Source of the DNA: Octopus bimaculoides
Taxonomy: Eukaryota
Direction of reading: 5' to 3'
Assembly (NCBI RefSeq): GCF_001194135.2
Contig: NC_068989.1
Span: 59,378,753-59,442,752, forward strand
DNA: 64,000 bases
Both the position numbers and the translations under genes were made by a program. Under the pieces are notes generated by a model. The model did no database searches and was not told where the DNA came from. It was given only the letters and a program-made list of their open reading frames with translations. Positions within the stretch are counted from its first letter, which is position 1, and each line of letters starts with the position of its first letter. This document shows, piece by piece, positions 1 through 64,000 of the stretch.

Positions 1-1303
1 GTGATTAAGGATATGTGAGTGTATGTATATGGTTGCTAGGGTGTAACTGTAGATATGTGTGGAGATGTATGTGTATATTCATGCCAATCACTTTACAGTG
101 TTAACTTATCATTCAACTATGGTAGTAGTTGAATAATATTCTTATGGCCACAATTTACTCACATGCAGCATCTTCAGAGCTTTGTTGCTAATTCAGTTCT
201 TAACCAAATTGAAAACTGTTAACATTTTTGAAGAGGGCTGGTCCCTAGCTACATTTTGACATTAAAAAAATTGAGATTAGTAATGTTATTGGAGAGTAAG
301 TAATGCCTCCAATCAAGTTTAAATCTAAATAACTTTATTTTAAAAGCAAAATATATTTATTTTAGCTTCAATGATAGAAGAAAGCATGAGGAATTTCATA
401 GTTCTGATCCCATGCAACAAAATTTGTATCAAAACAGTTGAAATAAAATATGAAAAAAAATATAAGGTAAAAAATTGGATTTAAGTAAAATTAACTTTTT
501 TATTTTAAACCAAACTATATTTTAATTAAGGATAAAATTTGAATATTAAAAATTATTTAATTTTAATTTACAAAGTAACATAAAAATGGTACCATCATTT
601 TCGTAAAATATTGACACACTAGTAGAATACTTAAAGAATGTGAGCCAGAAGTACCAATACAGCTAGTGTTTTATGCAAAATAGAATAGTATATATGGCAG
701 GCAAATTCATTATGTACAAAATAGGCATTGGTTCAAGACCAAAAATGTGAAGACTTGGCAATAACTCAAGCAAATTTTACTGTGAATCTGTTGTTATAGG
801 TAGATTTTACTGTAATATATAACCAATTTTTTTATTATTCTGTTTATTGTACTAACTAATTATGTACTACAATTATTTTTATAACCTATTTTCAAATTTC
901 AAATTATTAATAAAAAAATAAAAAAATAGAGGAATTTTTTAGAAGTGCAAAAAATATTTTGAGATATTTTTAATAGAAGCAACAAGTAATAACAAATAGA
1001 AGTAATAACTTGAAATAAAATTTTTAGTTTTAATAAAAGCTGATATTTTCTAAATCTAAATATTTTATTTGAAGTTTTAACTTTAGCTGCAATATTTTAA
1101 GTAAAAATTTTCTTGTTCTGTACTTAACCAGATGTAATAAGTTGTCCTGAACTTTTCCGAGTGTAATAGCTTGTCCTGTACTTTTCCAGGTTTATAATCT
1201 TTAGAATATTATTTCTTTTGCATTTTTCCATGTAATAAATACATGTATACATACATTCATATATATACCAACCTGCCCATTCACACACTATTTTGAATTT
1301 CAG

Positions 1304-63386
<62,083 letters not shown>

Positions 63387-64000
63387 GTAAGGAATGATTC
63401 TAGAAATATATTTTCACTTCCAATTATTGGTCAAATTGTTATTGCAGGCAATAAGATTCAATACTTATGTAGTTAAAATGAAAAAATACAAACCTTTACG
63501 TTTGCCATTGTTGTTCTCATGGGCAGGGGAAATAACTCTGCATTCCAATGTTTATGTGACTGACAACAGGTTCCACTCTTTCTGGCTTAGTGGTTAACAG
63601 TAAGAATAACACCCAGTTTTAAAACTGTTTTGACAAAAACAAGCCCTAAACTATCTAAGTATAAAAACTACTGCCAACCCACCCACTTCAAATCTTGAAA
63701 AGAAAATGAACATTAAAAATGTGTAAAACACAGAAACTATGGAACCACATATAAAAAAAACTTTTTAGGGAGTTAAAATGGTATCATCAATGAAGCTGAT
63801 ATTCTTCAGAAAATTGACAAATAAGATTAGATTTAAACAACTTAGTCATAGAATAAACATAGAACGTATAGACATGCACAAACATAGACATGCTACAAAT
63901 ATGGCTTATCTAAAAAAATATTTTCTTATGTTAGAGCCAAGCTTAAGTATTTTATCACAAACTTTGACTACCTCAATGACTTTATCAACTGATTTCTCAG

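Overview
AT-rich, microsatellite-rich animal genomic DNA with six assembly gaps. The SINE/LINE repertoire suggests a coleoid cephalopod, probably Octopus (inference). The window lies entirely inside one + strand gene, an unconventional class I myosin of the MYO1D/G (Myo31DF) type. I traced 18 consecutive GT-AG exons (1304-63386, 2250 coding nt) that splice into one open frame covering the motor domain, two IQ motifs and the start of the TH1 tail; the start codon and the rest of the tail are outside the window. Introns contain a degraded RTE LINE with an embedded PHD-like finger and many of its 3' fragments, two tRNA-like SINE families, Tc1/mariner relics (mariner, maT DD37D, a TIR-bounded deletion derivative), hAT- and piggyBac-like MITEs, a ~370-bp foldback element, and two different Penelope-like elements (PLEs), each bounded by inverted repeats. 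The most notable feature is the PLE at 47344-49824. It has an open GIY-YIG ORF followed by a minimal type I hammerhead ribozyme (49068-49149) on the sense strand of the host pre-mRNA. All alignments and folds were done by eye.
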